From positions 28,935-92,934 of the forward strand of contig MQRK01249112.1 in assembly GCA_001938485.1 (NCBI GenBank): 64,000 nt of DNA, given 5' to 3'. Position 1 is the stretch's first letter. Every line of letters starts with the position of its first letter. The notes under the pieces are model-generated. The model was not told the DNA's origin. It worked only from the letters and a program-made list of their open reading frames with translations, and ran no database searches. Positions 25,631 through 39,049 of this stretch are shown in pieces. Made by a program: the position numbers and the translations under genes. This DNA comes from Girardia tigrina (Eukaryota).

Positions 25631-28040
25631 AATATNNNNNNNNNNNNNNNNNNNNNNNNNNNNNNNNNNNNNNNNNNNNNNNNNNATATATATATATATA
25701 ATAAATATAAAGAACTTTTAAAGTTTTTAAATAACATTAAAATATTTTTAAAGCATGTTTTTGAGACGTATTACATAATAGTTTTCAACTGCATAGATAG
25801 TAATTAATCACTTTTTAAATTATATTGAAGATTCCATAATGGAGAAACGTGTGTCGTATATGAACAAATTTGAAAATACAAAAATAACAATAATGACAGA
25901 GGCATTTGGGTCCCATACATGCTGTTGACTGATTAGGTTACAATTAATTTTTATAAAGAATTTATTGTAAATCAAACTAAACTAAATAGAGTACAAAAAG
26001 CAAAAAACTAAAGGTTATAATTAAATACACATTAGGCTTTAGCTAAACATTAATATTTTTTTGGTATTCTAAATTGTAAACGTTAAAGAGTAGATTAATT
26101 ATGTTTTGTTTCATCTTAGTCCCTTATATAAAGGTATATCTAAAAGTTTTCTTTTCTTTGATAAGCAAGTTATAAAAAACATTTATATAAAATGGATTTG
26201 AAATCATCTAAAACTTTTATTTAATGAAGTTAAATTTCACATAATGTTTATTCACTTAAATTTGTCTGTAAGTTTTTCTGGTTTTATGTAAATATAATTA
26301 AATTAATCAATTATGTCAGTATAATGTATTTAAATATGAGACAATATTGTAATGAATTTCGTCTTAAGATTATTTATTATTTGTTCATTTATTTTTAAAC
26401 GGTATATGTATTATGTATATTAAATGTAAAAATAATATAATTCAATGGAAGACCAAACCTAGGACACTTGCTAAAACTAGTGCTGCGAGTGGAAGTTAGT
26501 ATTAATATAAATATTGAATTTGTCATAAAAATGAATATAAAATAAGAGATTACTTACATCTTTAAGATTCAGTTTCTTAAACAATTAATATTTATCGAGA
26601 AAATTTTTTAGAAGTGATAGTGATTCTTGGATAAAAGACCAAGGAAAATTGCATTTGAATCCGGGAATTTCATGTTAGTGACTAGCTTTTAGTATGCTTA
26701 ATGTTAATGAGTACTTAAACGGTTTTAGATGTTGTCGTATTATAAACATTGTCAAAATTTTTACGTTTACAATTTTCCTTAAATGGTCACTGTAGTGCCC
26801 TACTTATATTGTTTATTCTTTTGATTAAGTTCTCATCTTGTTGATCTTTTTCTGTTTGACGTGTGAATATCTTATTATTCTTTTTTTAAAAAAAAGTTTC
26901 TGAGATTGTTTGTTTTCGTGATTATCAGTAGTTTTTTTATTCTTGGACAAAGAATGCCAGATTAAATGCCTATTTGCTAAAGGCAATAATTAAATTGGAT
27001 ATGAAGCCAATAAAAATAATCAATACAAAAATTCGAATTGATAATGCAAATTGAAAATTGTATTATACGATTGCGTATAATACAGCAACAATAGCGTCGA
27101 ATAAAAAGAATTTGAAAAATAAAATTGAAAGTTGTTTCCTAGATTTTATGCTGATAGTCTTTATCAACCTTCCCGAAATCATCAATAAACTAACGAAACA
27201 ATCTCCAATCTAATTGTCAGTTCCAGTACCAAACAAATAACTTCGTCAATAGATAATCTATCTCGTCGTCTCTTTACCCAAGATTGATAATCTAAGTTAT
27301 TACTGTAAACCAGCCAACAACAAGACTCCGAAGCATTGCAACAATACTAAACAATAAAAAATATTCGAACAATTTCAATACGAAGAAGAATATTCAAAGT
27401 AACATTTTTTTTTCGTTCAGTCCTCCCCATTGACCTCGTGTCTTCTTTTAACTGTGATCGAATTTAATTATCTTTTTTTTAATTTTTTTCTGTTATTGTT
27501 TAATAGTTGACATTTTTTTATTGTTTGGTCTTTTTTTATTTATTTATTCTATTATAAAAGCAATTTCAAGTTATCAACCACTAGACTTTAAGTTGCTTTT
27601 ACAATCACTTTTTCTGTTTTCTCAAAAACCTTGTAATGATCATGTTTTACTGTATTGAGATTCGAATATTATGATTTCCATGAATATTAATATTATTGTT
27701 AGTATTGCTTTTAGAAAGTTTTTATTTAACCTTTCTTTTTAAATAAATCAAATGGTCAATAACTCATGAAGGTCACCAAATACGCTTCTTAGATAAAAAA
27801 AGAGAATACCAATGAGTATATGATTGTTGTCAATACGACTTAGTGTTGTAAGATTTGTTAATAATATTCATGAACTTTATATTTAATATTTTTTATATCT
27901 ACTATCTGTCCTGTACCTTGACATTCTTTATATATAGTTTAAGAGTATTTTTTTTAATATTGAATCAATAAATCAATACAGTAAAGTTTATTTCTTTTAA
28001 TGATAATAATTTATTCTGAAAAAGTATTATTTGATTTTAG

Positions 28041-28142
28041 GACGTCTTTTTCAGATACTCCTCTGATTACATTGCCGTCAATACCTGAGACTTACGGAAC
28101 CAAGGAAGACGCAACTCCCGGTTATGTCAAGATTACAAGTCG
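28041..28142 (+). CDS. Isolated candidate exon (TSFSDTPLITLPSIPETYGTKEDATPGYVKITS)
   Basis: GC-richer block between a TTTTAG acceptor and a GT donor, open in one frame. No family recognised. Confidence 0.3.
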
Positions 28143-28364
28143 GTAGTATTAGATATTTAAGTTTTTGTTTTGAGATTCAGTTGATATAATTGAAGTATAT
28201 TCGATTTTCTGATTGCATTAGACATTGTTAATGATTTAATATATTTATTATTTTGTCAAATATATCAGTTTTGGTGTTTTATATATAGTTTGGAAAATGG
28301 ATTTTCTAATATATTACTGTCACCTTATAATCTTCATTATTTTAGAAGCCATTTATTAGGTATA

Positions 28365-28558
28365 CCGTATTTCCTCGATTTAATATCTGTCATTTTACCA
28401 AATTCATCAATATCTATATCTGCACCGTCATTTGTAGGTAAATCCCCATTTTTTTAGCAAGGCGTTTGATCTCAATTTAAAATAAAAATGACCAAAAAAA
28501 TTAGCACAAAAACCTTACATTTTAATAAACAGTGTGCCGTTTATTCGAGCAAATACTA
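28365..28558. mobile_element. Tc2/pogo-type MITE
   Basis: TA|CCGTATTTCCTCGATTTA...TTATTCGAGCAAATACTA|TA imperfect TIRs. Confidence 0.5.
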
Positions 28559-28772
28559 TAATAATTTCATATAAAATATGCATATCAAAGCTTTTCTTAT
28601 ATAATTAGTGCAGTTTGAAAAATTAAATGAATAAAATGATGATAAATAACTGCGACGAGTTGTTGTAATTATTTCTGTATCGAAACTATATTTATGATCA
28701 AGTTACATAAACATTATGTAAAGTATTATCAGAGTCAGAGTTTGTATCGATAATTCCAACTGTTGATCTTAC

Positions 28773-28955
28773 TTTCACTCTGGCCTCCCTTGCTTCTAGT
28801 GTTTCAAAGATGGTCTTGTGCTTTGTCCTCAGATGACCTCTTATCCCTGTTGTGCTCCAACTTGGCACCTGGTAAGGCTCCCGTCACTCAATGCAGTTAG
28901 CCCTATTTTCATTATTCATTGTGAAGTAATCCAAAATTAAGGAAATTTTCGGCAT
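28773..28955 (-). pseudogene. BED zinc-finger exon of a hAT-type transposase with an in-frame stop
   Basis: MPKISLILDYFTMNNENRANCIE*REPYQVPSWSTTGIRGHLRTKHK: BED pattern (aromatic..CxxC..ST..HL..KH) with the second Cys codon changed to TGA. Bounded by polypyrimidine-CAG and GTAAG. Confidence 0.7.
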
Positions 28956-29239
28956 CTGGAAGAAAAAAAATTTAATTTAACTAGAAATAAAACTTCATTA
29001 AATATTATTTAAACAAATAATATTATGATTTAGAAATTGTTTTATAATATAATTTTTTGAAGATCAAAATAAATTTTTTTCTAGTAAATTTCAACACAGA
29101 ATATTGTGAAAACTAATAAGTAAACTAGTAAATTAGTATGTAATGTTTATATATTAATTGAAATAATATTAATTATTATTAATTTTAAAACAAAATATCT
29201 TTGCTTTAAATATAAAAAAATTAATATAAATATTTGTAA

Positions 29240-32200
29240 TAATTAGGACTTTAGAACCAAATGAAAATATAACTTTCCTTAAAAAATGAATAAATGAAAA
29301 CTACTGAAAATAAAATTTTACTCGAAAGTTCCTCGAAATTATTTGTTTAAAAAACTAAAAATGTAGTAATTATATTGTTGAGTTATTGTATACCCATCGA
29401 AAACATCTGGGGTTTAATCACAAGGGTTGTTTACAAAGATGGACAACAATATCGTAACAAAGATGATCTAACAAATGCCATTGTACGGGCTTGGGATGGG
29501 TTACCTTTGGNNNNNNNNNNNNNNNNNNNNNNNNNNNNNNNNNNNNNNNNNNNNNNNNNNNNNNNNNNNNNNNNNNNNNNNNNNNNNNNNNNNNNNNNNN
29601 NNNNNNNNNNNNNNNNNNNNNNNNNNNNNNNNNNNNNNNNNNNNNNNNNNNNNNNNNNNNNNNNNNNNNNNNNNNNNNNNNNNNNNNNNNNNNNNNNNNN
29701 NNNNNNNNNNNNNNNNNNNNNNNNNNNNNNNNNNNNNNNNNNNNNNNNNNNNNNNNTATATAACATGAGTAATATATATATACTAAATTACAGAGATATA
29801 TCTTAAATAATAGAAAAGATAGGGCTTTATTTAAAAAAGTGATAATTATATGACTCAGACTGTATATGAATAAAGGTGTGATTTCATTATATGTTAGATA
29901 ACAAAGATATGCAGTCTTTCGATGCATCGTTAACGATGCATCGACCATATTTAACGATGTACGATATCTATGTGTCGCTCCCTAATTTAAGGTATACAAT
30001 TTATAGCTAAAAATAAATCTGTAAGTTCAATGGTACTTTTGTTTCGGGTTTTAACTGAAATGAATTTTATTTCCTCAAATTAATCTTTTAAAGGATGGTC
30101 GCATGTTATTGTTAGTTATTCATCACTTGTGGATCTGTACTGGCCCGTGTTTTTCAATCTATCATTAGTTTGTAGAAGAATTTCATTAAAATATCGAAAT
30201 GTAATTCCATAAAAATATATCTTTTTCAACTCTCTTTTGCTTACAACAGACTAAATTATTAAAAACAATAAAATAAAAACATAAAACTTTCATTTGTTCA
30301 TAATGGAAATGTAAAAAAATTCATAACTATGCAAGTCGAACTTGTTAAAATATTCTCTTATCATTGAGGAATTTAAATTATTGTAAGACCTAGAATTGTA
30401 AAATGTAACAAAAGTTTGTTAATTATATGATTGATTAACCAGAAGTTTTATAATATAATATGATACAAATAAAATTATATACGAAAGTTTATACTTCTAT
30501 GTATATTATACTTCTTCAGATAAATTTTGATGTGCAATGTGTAAAACACAGATAAAAAGGCTTATACAAAACAACTTCTCGATATCTTGTACTTATAACA
30601 CACGAAAGTACTGTGGCGAGCATTAAATATGGATTTGTCATTGTCAGAAAATAATTTTAAACATTATTGTCTTAATTAATTGAATCAATTTTTCCAACAA
30701 TTTTTGTTTTTGATAATAATTATTCAATAACCATATTTGTTATTTACAGATAGAGGGCTCTGCGATGGATCAAATAATTATTTTAAAAAAACAATATAAA
30801 CAATTTTAAGGCAACCTTACAATCATTCAACTTGAAATAGTTTTCTTTTTAAAAACTAACAAATGGTGGCAGAATAATTTTTTAATAAATAGGTTTCGGT
30901 GGTTTGCGATTGTAATTTTATGACATTTGATGCCAGAAGCACTCTTTCTTCGATTTTACTCGAAAGTTCCTCGAAATTATTTGTTTAAAAAACTAAAATT
31001 GTAGTAATTATATTGTTGAGTTATTGTATATATGAATAAAGGTGTGATTTCATTATATGTTAGATAACAAAGGTATGCAGTCTTTCGATGCATCGACCAT
31101 ATTTATTAAAAATCTTATTTTATGACATTTGATGCCAGAAGCACTTTTTCTTCGATTTTACTCGAAAGTTCCTCAAAATTATTTAAAATCGACCAAATTA
31201 TTAAAAACAATTAAATAAAGACATAAAACTTTCATTTGTTCATAACGGAAATGTAAAAAAAATTCATAACTATGCAAGCCGAACTTGTTACAATATTCTA
31301 TTATTACAATATTCCGTCCACAGCAGAATCAATGAAAATTTAAGCATGGTTTTTAAATTGTATTTTTTTTATATGTCTCTTGTTTTTCAATGAACGCCTT
31401 TAATTATAAATATAAATTTATTATAAAACGCCTTTATTTGATGCCAGAAGCACTCTTTCTTCGATTTTACTCGAAAGTTCCTCGAAATTATTTATTTAAA
31501 AAACTAAAATTGTAGTAAAAATAATTTAATTTATTATTTTAATTATAATAATTAGGACTTTAGGACCAAATGAAAATATAACTTTCTTTAAAAAAGGAAT
31601 AAATGAAAACTACTGCAAATAGAATTTTACTCGAAATTTCTTCGAAATTATTTGTTTAAAAAACTAAAATTGTAGTAATTATATTGTTCAGTTATTGTAT
31701 ATGTGAATAAAGGTGTGATTTCATTATATGTTAAATAACAAAGGTATGCAGTCTTTCAATGCATCGACCATATTTAACTTAATATTCTTTATAATACATT
31801 TTACAGAATATAAATTGTTTAATATATTTTACAGATAGAGGGCTCTGCGATGGATCAAATAATTATTAAAAAAAAAACAATATAAACAATTTTAAGGCAA
31901 CCTTACAATCTTTAGCGACACATAGTATCGTACATCGTTAAATATGGTCGATGCATCGAAAGACTGCATACGTTTGTTATCTAACATATAAAGAAATCAC
32001 ACCTTTATTCACATATACAATAACTGATAAAAAATATATAATATTCTTATATAATATATTTTATACAATTTAAAATATATAAATTTCCGTTATGAACAAA
32101 TGAAAGTTTTATGTTTTTATTTTATTGTTTTTAATAATTTGGCGTTATATTATTAATTGTATATAATAATTATCAATAATTATATACAATTTATAAAACA

Positions 32201-33580
32201 TGTTATAATTATCAATATTAATCATCAATATCATGAAACTTCCTCAAGACAAATATATGACTAAATAAATTATATTAGATTGTAAATATTTCTCACACCA
32301 AACAATTTGACCCAATTATACCAATAATCAATATTATATTAAATATAATATTAAACCTTATTATAAAATGTATATAATATTACTATAATATTATATACAT
32401 TCAGAATGAGCAAAGTAAGGTTATTTCAATACATAAAATTTTTAATTAAAATATTTTTGCCATTATTACCCAATAATATTTTCATAAATAAAAATGTTTA
32501 ATTTTTTCGTCACCTTTTAAAGTAAATTATATTATAATATTATATGCATTTTACATCTTACTCGAACAAGTTGTTTGATTGAACCAGTTATGATGGTAAA
32601 ATAACCAGTCGGTTAAGTAGAGTATTTTAGTATGATATTTAATGATATTTAAATAAAACTTTCTATCTTTCTTCTACGTATAAATCAGTTTACGCTTTCT
32701 CTTAAAAAATGTGTTCATTCACAATCCTTACTGGGTCAAATTGTTTGATGTGAGAAATATTTACCATCTAAAATTTTGTAACTTCAATTTTTGCACTGTA
32801 ATTGTTAAATTAATATGTAAATATGTCAGTTAAGAAAATATTTTTACAATAAATGGAAATAATAAAATTAATTAGTTACTTTAATACAGTTACAAAAATT
32901 TTGTATTTTTATTTTTGAATACCTTTCTATAATACCATAAAATTTATTTATTTATTATAAATGAAGAGCCTTATGAAAAATTAGTAAAACCTTAAACTAT
33001 ACGATCTCTTATTGATTGGTGATATTGGCGTTCATTGAAAAACAAGAGACATATAAAAAATACTTTTTAAAAATCATGCTTAAATTTTCATTGATTCTGC
33101 TATGGACGGAACTCTGCGGATTTTTTTGACTGACGGGAGTCCCATTTAAAATAAAGTTCAATAATCAAATGAATTTTGCCGATTTTCTAAGTGCGATGCT
33201 GAATCAATCCCAAATCGCGACATTTTGTTCCATTCGAAGTTTAAATTTTTGGTCCATAACTCGAACAAGTTGTTTGATTGAACCAGTTATGATTGTAAAA
33301 TAACCAGCCGGTTAAGTAGAGTATTTTAGTAAGATATTCGGTGCGGTAGATCTTTAAGATCATGGTGGAATCACAAACTATAAGGTCCAACTCGATATTC
33401 TTTGACTGAATAGTTCAACGCCGATTGTTGATGCAGATAGTCGATCTATGGAGAGATATTACATCATATGAAATGACCTAAAATTTATAGGAACGAGTGA
33501 AATGTCGCGAGTCCAGAAAATCAATATTTTATTTTGAAACTTCCTCATGACAAATATATGACTAAATAAATTATATTAAA
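29240..33580. repeat. Mosaic of at least nine short modules, each repeated 2-5 times in direct and inverted orientation
   Basis: Examples: TTTTACTCGAAAGTTCCTCGAAATTA at ~29316, 30954, 31156, 31465, 31625; ACAGATAGAGGGCTCTGCGATGGATC at 30746, 31831; ACTCGAACAAGTTGTTTGATTGAACC at 32560, 33259; 31312-31398 inverted at 33027-33111. Confidence 0.85.
29393..29862 (+). mobile_element. 5'-truncated Tc1/Tc3-like element inserted at TA (contains N gap)
   Basis: PIENIWGLITRVVYKDGQQYRNKDDLTNAIVRAWDGLP; ends ACTG|TA. Flanks are contiguous in the copies at ~31026 and ~31696. Confidence 0.75.
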
Positions 33581-33799
33581 TAGGAATCCAAAAATGCATT
33601 TCTTACAAAATATTAATAAAAATTCAAAAATATATATCTTTTTACAAAATCCAAATTATGATGGATCATAATAACATGGATTTTTTAATTAATTCATATG
33701 TTGTCATAGAAATAACATGTTTCAGTAAAATTTCAGCCCAATCGGATCACTGGAAGGGGAAAAAATCGTTTTCAAGTACTGGGATTGGAGATATGACGT

Positions 33800-36700
33800 C
33801 CGTTTAGATGTACATCTTCACCCTCTTAATGTGTCCTTTACGAGATCCTGGATACCCTACTAAATTCGAGAGTGGGTGCTCTCAGCTAGAGCTAGCAAGT
33901 CATGAGTAGACAGCTAAATCACTGATGCTACTTAACAAATAGACAGCACAGAAAAGACTGGGATCAATAGCAAAATAATATGATATCGGGCTAAGTTGGG
34001 GCCGGACTGGTATCCCACTAGGCGGGATTCGTGGTTGGATTTGAATAAGGTTTGTACCTGGAATGTTTGAGAGTTCCACGATCAGAATGTCTTGGCTGTT
34101 ACTGATGCTCTAGAAAAGCTAATTGTAGATGTACCCATCCTGACGGAAACTCACAAATTTGGCGCCATGACTGAAAATTATGGAAAGTGAACCTTTCACA
34201 ACAGTGGGCCACAAATGGGACACATAGGGGAAAGAGGAGTTAGTTTATTAACCAGACTACCTAAAGGTGATATCGAGTTTGAGGCATTCTCGGATCTCAT
34301 TTTAGAAGCGAAAATCATTTTCTTCAGAATAATTGTCGTAGGAGTGTACTCTCATATGAATGTAGATACAGTGAAAGCGAGAATACCACAGTATATGACT
34401 CTAAATACCGAGGTTGGAAAAACAGAAGCATAAACTAGGCAGTCCTGGTACATGTTGATTGTTGGAGGAGACTGCAATTGCCGCATACACTTTGTCAGAG
34501 AAAACCTAGTACCTAGGTCGGAAAGTATACACAGTGCAAACATGTCATATAATCGAGAGAGGTTAGTTTTACTAGCTGAATAGAAAAGTATAAACTCCTT
34601 TTTTTGCCATAATGAGTGGAAAATCACCAGCTGGACCCACCTGGTGGTAAAGACGAAGAGGCTACTGGATTACTTTCTTGTGCGTTCTGAAAATATAAAC
34701 AAGGTCAAAAATGTACAATCTAAGCATCTTCATGATTGTGGAACCGATCACGATTGTCTTACATCTAAAAACAAAAGGATATAAAACAGATAGTACGAAA
34801 TGAAAGCCGGAAAAAGAATTACTTATAAGCATTCGAAGAAATCTTGTAACTGCTCACCGCGAAAATTTATCATCCTAGCTTCATCGAACTATTTGGGAAG
34901 CAAGACCAGGATCGGAAAACATAGAGAAAGTTATTACAACACTACTGTGAAAGTACAGAAGGTCAAAATGGAACCTCTAACGGGTAACTGGTTAAATAAT
35001 AACAAAATTGAACTAAGTCATCACAGAAACGAAAGCAGCCAGATAGCCGTACTAAACAAAGTGACCAGTTCCATTTGTAAATGGAAGTGAGAAAGACTGG
35101 CCAATCTCAGTAATGAGAATGAACAAAGTTTAAATTTTGGAAGCTTCAAGATAAAAGGTGACTTATCTAAAATTGTATATGCTGTGGAATCCAGAAAGGA
35201 AAATGCATACGCTATTTATGCCTGTTTCGTCAGTCTTTAATAATTAGATGACAAATCATAATCAGAAGCTCTTCGAAGCGCACTCACTTATTTAGTGGGT
35301 GGATATGAGTCGATCCACCGAACACAGAAGAGGTACGGTTTGCCATATTACAAATGAGTATTAAGAATGAACTCGGCTCAAATAAGGTGATTGCAGAGGT
35401 TTTAAAATGAGGCGGGAAATCCCTCATAGACATACTGACGCTCGATTCTGAGATGATTTGAAACGGGGATGATCATCAATTCCCAATAGCTTGGAGGAGT
35501 GCAAAAGTGGTAACACTCTTCAAGGAAAAGGGTGCAAGGTCTGATCCGAATAATTATAGAGGTGTCTTTCTCTTTGAAGTCACAGACAAAGTTTTTGCAC
35601 GAATCGTAAATAGAATGACGCCGATGATGGAGGAAAGGTTAAATCCTTGGTAGTTTCGTTTTCGGCCGAAAAAGGTACTATGCAAACTATAAGTTTACTC
35701 AGGCGGATTCAGGAAGAAAGTAGATATAAGAACCATAAGGTATTTGTGATCTTCATTGATTTGAAAAAAAGCATTAGATAGTGTCCCAAGTAAAGTTCTG
35801 TTGGCCTATCTGAAAAAAATCAGGTTGACCTACAAGATTCTCTGCCTGATCTCTGAATTCAATGAGAGTTTTATTGCCGCTGGGGGGATTGTGAGTTTCT
35901 CATGGAAAGATGTATCAGGCAGGGATGTGTGACGAGACCTTGTCTTTTTAACTTGATCTTCGATGAAGCTATTAAAATGGCAATACTGAAAGGATTCGAG
36001 GAAGGAATTACCCTGTTCGACGAGCACGGTGACGAATTTTTTTGTGAATAGACTTGCTTATGTGAATGATCTATATATCATCAACTCTGATATTAATCGT
36101 ACCTATAAAAACCTGGATATACTTCGAAGCACATTTTAAGAATTTGGGTTGACTATTAGCGCATCTAAGAGGAAAGTCATGTGTCTAACTGATGACTCGG
36201 GAACTGGAATATCGCAAGTGATGTGTGGTGACAAATTTATAGAATGGGTGAGCGAGTTCTGTTACCTCGGCAGTATATTGACTACATGTGGTAGCCGCAG
36301 TAGATATATGGTCATCTGTTGAGTTTTGGAATGAGGCATTCATGAGAACTGCAGCCTTTGATGCAAAGTAACCGAGTTCCTATAGCGCTGAAAAGAAGAT
36401 TAATCGAACCAAGCATTTTTTTCTGTAGTGTATTATGGGAGTAAGTGCTGAGCAACACCTGAAAAAGAGCTAGGTCGGCTACAAACTTTTCATAATACCT
36501 GCACAAGCACTGCTCTTGGTAAAAATAAACTTGACAGAATACATAATAAGGATTGGACCGAGTCAGCGGCCGGAAAAAGCAGTTGAAGAAAGAGCGTATC
36601 ACCCGCGATAGACTCTCGGTATTTGGTGACCAAGAAGTTCCAGTTAAATACAAGGAATGCTTAAATGAGAGAGAAATTCTCCATATTGACAGAAATTCAA

Positions 36701-37300
36701 ACACATGATCAAAGGATTTGTGTCTGAAAAGCTGATAGAAGTGATTGAACATAGAAAAAAGAATCCGAAAATGATCCGGGTGCTTTTCAAAACAGTGCAA
36801 TGCACGAGTCCTTCTTGTTTCAAAGCTTTTGCAGAACAGAAGGAACTAAAAAGACACATCACCAACGTGCATAACGTCACGACGGCACAGCGTCACAATG
36901 TGTCAAACATTTCCAATATCCCATGGAAAATTGTCACATGACCTATAAAACGGATGGATAGGTAAAGCGAAATTTATTGATCAATCTCCAAACCCAAGGT
37001 AATAACAGTTGTTCTAGCGTTTCTCAAAATAACGTAGATGAAGGGTATACAGAATATTCGAATCCGATCTCTATGCATGATGTGTCAGTGCCCCTCAACG
37101 GTACCGTGGAGACGAACTTAGGACTGATTCCAAGGGTGGTTCTCGACTTTTGGTTAAGATAAACAACTGATATGGGGATATTTTTGTGTCCCTTTACTCA
37201 TTGTACAAATGTATTTACACTACCAAAGCTCTACAGAATCACGGTACGAGAAATAATGATTGATCATTTCTAATTGGGGAACAGAAGTCGTTAAAATTGA
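33800..37300 (+). mobile_element. Decayed near-full-length RTE-like non-LTR retrotransposon (APE + RT + C-terminal C2H2 fingers)
   Basis: APE: VDVPILTETH, IVGGDCN, LDYFLV, GTDHD. RT: KGARSDPNNYRGVFL, FIDLKKA, IRQGCV..PCLFNL, LAYVNDL. Zinc finger: CTSPSCFKAFAEQKELKRHITNVH. Many stops and frameshifts; boundaries approximate. Confidence 0.85.
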
Positions 37301-37890
37301 GGGCATTTATCTGAATTGAGCTGTGGTATTTATAATAAATTTTCTGCAACTGTTTGTTCTGGACATGTAAGGGTACTAGGCCGCGTGTGCTCTGTTTGTC
37401 CAGTAATCTTACTGTTATGAATGTGTTTGTTCAAAACTGACTAATGTTGGTAGAACTTTAGTTCTTTCAATGGTTAACGTGCCAAGTTCTACGTGGCTGT
37501 CATATGTCGCGATTATTCATAATGAATAATCGTACGATGTTATTTTTGGCAATCGTTCTGAGTCACCGTATGTTCTTTTTATTAATCTTTATTTTTTAAT
37601 TAATATTTTCAATATTTCAAAGGCTGGTTTGGACCTCAAAGGGTGGTCAGATCGAAGAACAGGGAATAATTCGGGACAGTGCTCGCTCAGATCTGCCGGG
37701 AAGGGTTCGGCCGATTAATTTCCAACAAGGAAAAAGTCTAGTAATTCGATTTATTAATTTTGGGTATCTTAGTAATTAATGTTGTGACGTCAGATAGAAC
37801 AGAAAAGACTAAGAACAAATCGGCACGTATTGGTCCCGGGTGGTGGGGGACTCCTCTTGCAGCAGGGCATTTGATGAAGAAAATCATTTA

Positions 37891-37926
<36 letters not shown>

Positions 37927-37969
37927 CAATTGTTTCTTTTGGGTTTTGTGTTTGTTTCCATGTTTATAT

Positions 37970-38970
37970 ATTTATAAGGGTTCGAATTCAGATTTTCGAC
38001 CGAAAGAATATGAAAAGGTATTTAATAGTAGAAAATACTGGAATTGTGAATGATATCAAAAGTTCAAATGTCAAGCTAGAGTCATTGTGACTTATGAGGG
38101 ACATGACATATTCAAGAAAAAAACATAATCATGGCAGCGTGGCACTTCAGCTCAAGTAGAAGCTGCTAAGGTAGTAAATGAGATAAAAAGCAGATCGCAA
38201 CAAACGTTTATTGCACCTTAGCTACCCAGTATTGAGAATTTAAGATCCCTTGTAGCTCGGACAAGAAAGAAGGTCATTTCTGAGCCTTTTGTTCCTCATT
38301 CATTGACAGAATTGATAATTTGGCATGAATTTAAGTTAAGCAATAGTGGAAAAACATTTGTGCTCTATAATTCTGGAACCAACTTAGATAGAATTCCTAT
38401 ATTCTCAACTGACAGAAAATTTGCCTTATTCCGTATGTGTGATGATGTTTAGGCTGATGGAACTTTCAAATGTTGTCGAAGTATTTTTTTTCAACTTTAT
38501 ACCTTTCATGAATTAAAGTATAAATTCTCCATTCCACTTGTATATACTTTGCTTCTAATTTTTATTAGGATGTCGACTTATAAGCATTTAATGAGTAAAA
38601 TTAAAGAGTTAGTACCCGAAATGATTTTGAGAAAAATATGATTGCTTCATTTAATATCATTCTTTCAAATGTAGCTCATCGTGGTTGTTACTTTCATTTT
38701 ACCCAGTGTATTTTGCATAAAATCCAATCACGTGTTGGCTTTAAGATATTCCGAAGACTATATCTTTGCTTTAATTCTGCGAATACTTCCAGGTTTAGCA
38801 TTTGTTCTATTGAATAAGGTAATTGAATATTATGAATTTCTTTGCGATGAAGTTGCATTCCGAGAAGAAGTAACTCCTTTATTGTATTATTTTGAAGATA
38901 TTTTTATTGAAAGACCTCTCAGAGTTGGAAGAAGAAGAGATCCCCTATTTAGTATTCAGATGTGGTATTC
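37970..38970 (+). mobile_element. MULE (Mutator-like) transposase pseudogene with FLYWCH-type N-terminus
   Basis: YWNCE*YQKFKCQARV..HNH; ADGTFKCCRSIFFQLYTFH..IPLVYTLL; GCYFHFTQCI; LLYYFEDIFI..PLFSIQMW. Confidence 0.85.
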
Positions 38971-39049
38971 TCCTAAAAAAGTAACCACAGTCAAAATAGA
39001 AGAACGAATACGTTTTGAAGAAAATGCGGAAATCATAAAGTAAAATTAA

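Noticed and set aside
33800-34050. HDV-like ribozyme in the RTE 5'UTR
   Set aside because: Expected for some RTEs, but the nested double pseudoknot could not be built by eye; needs an RNArobo or Infernal search.
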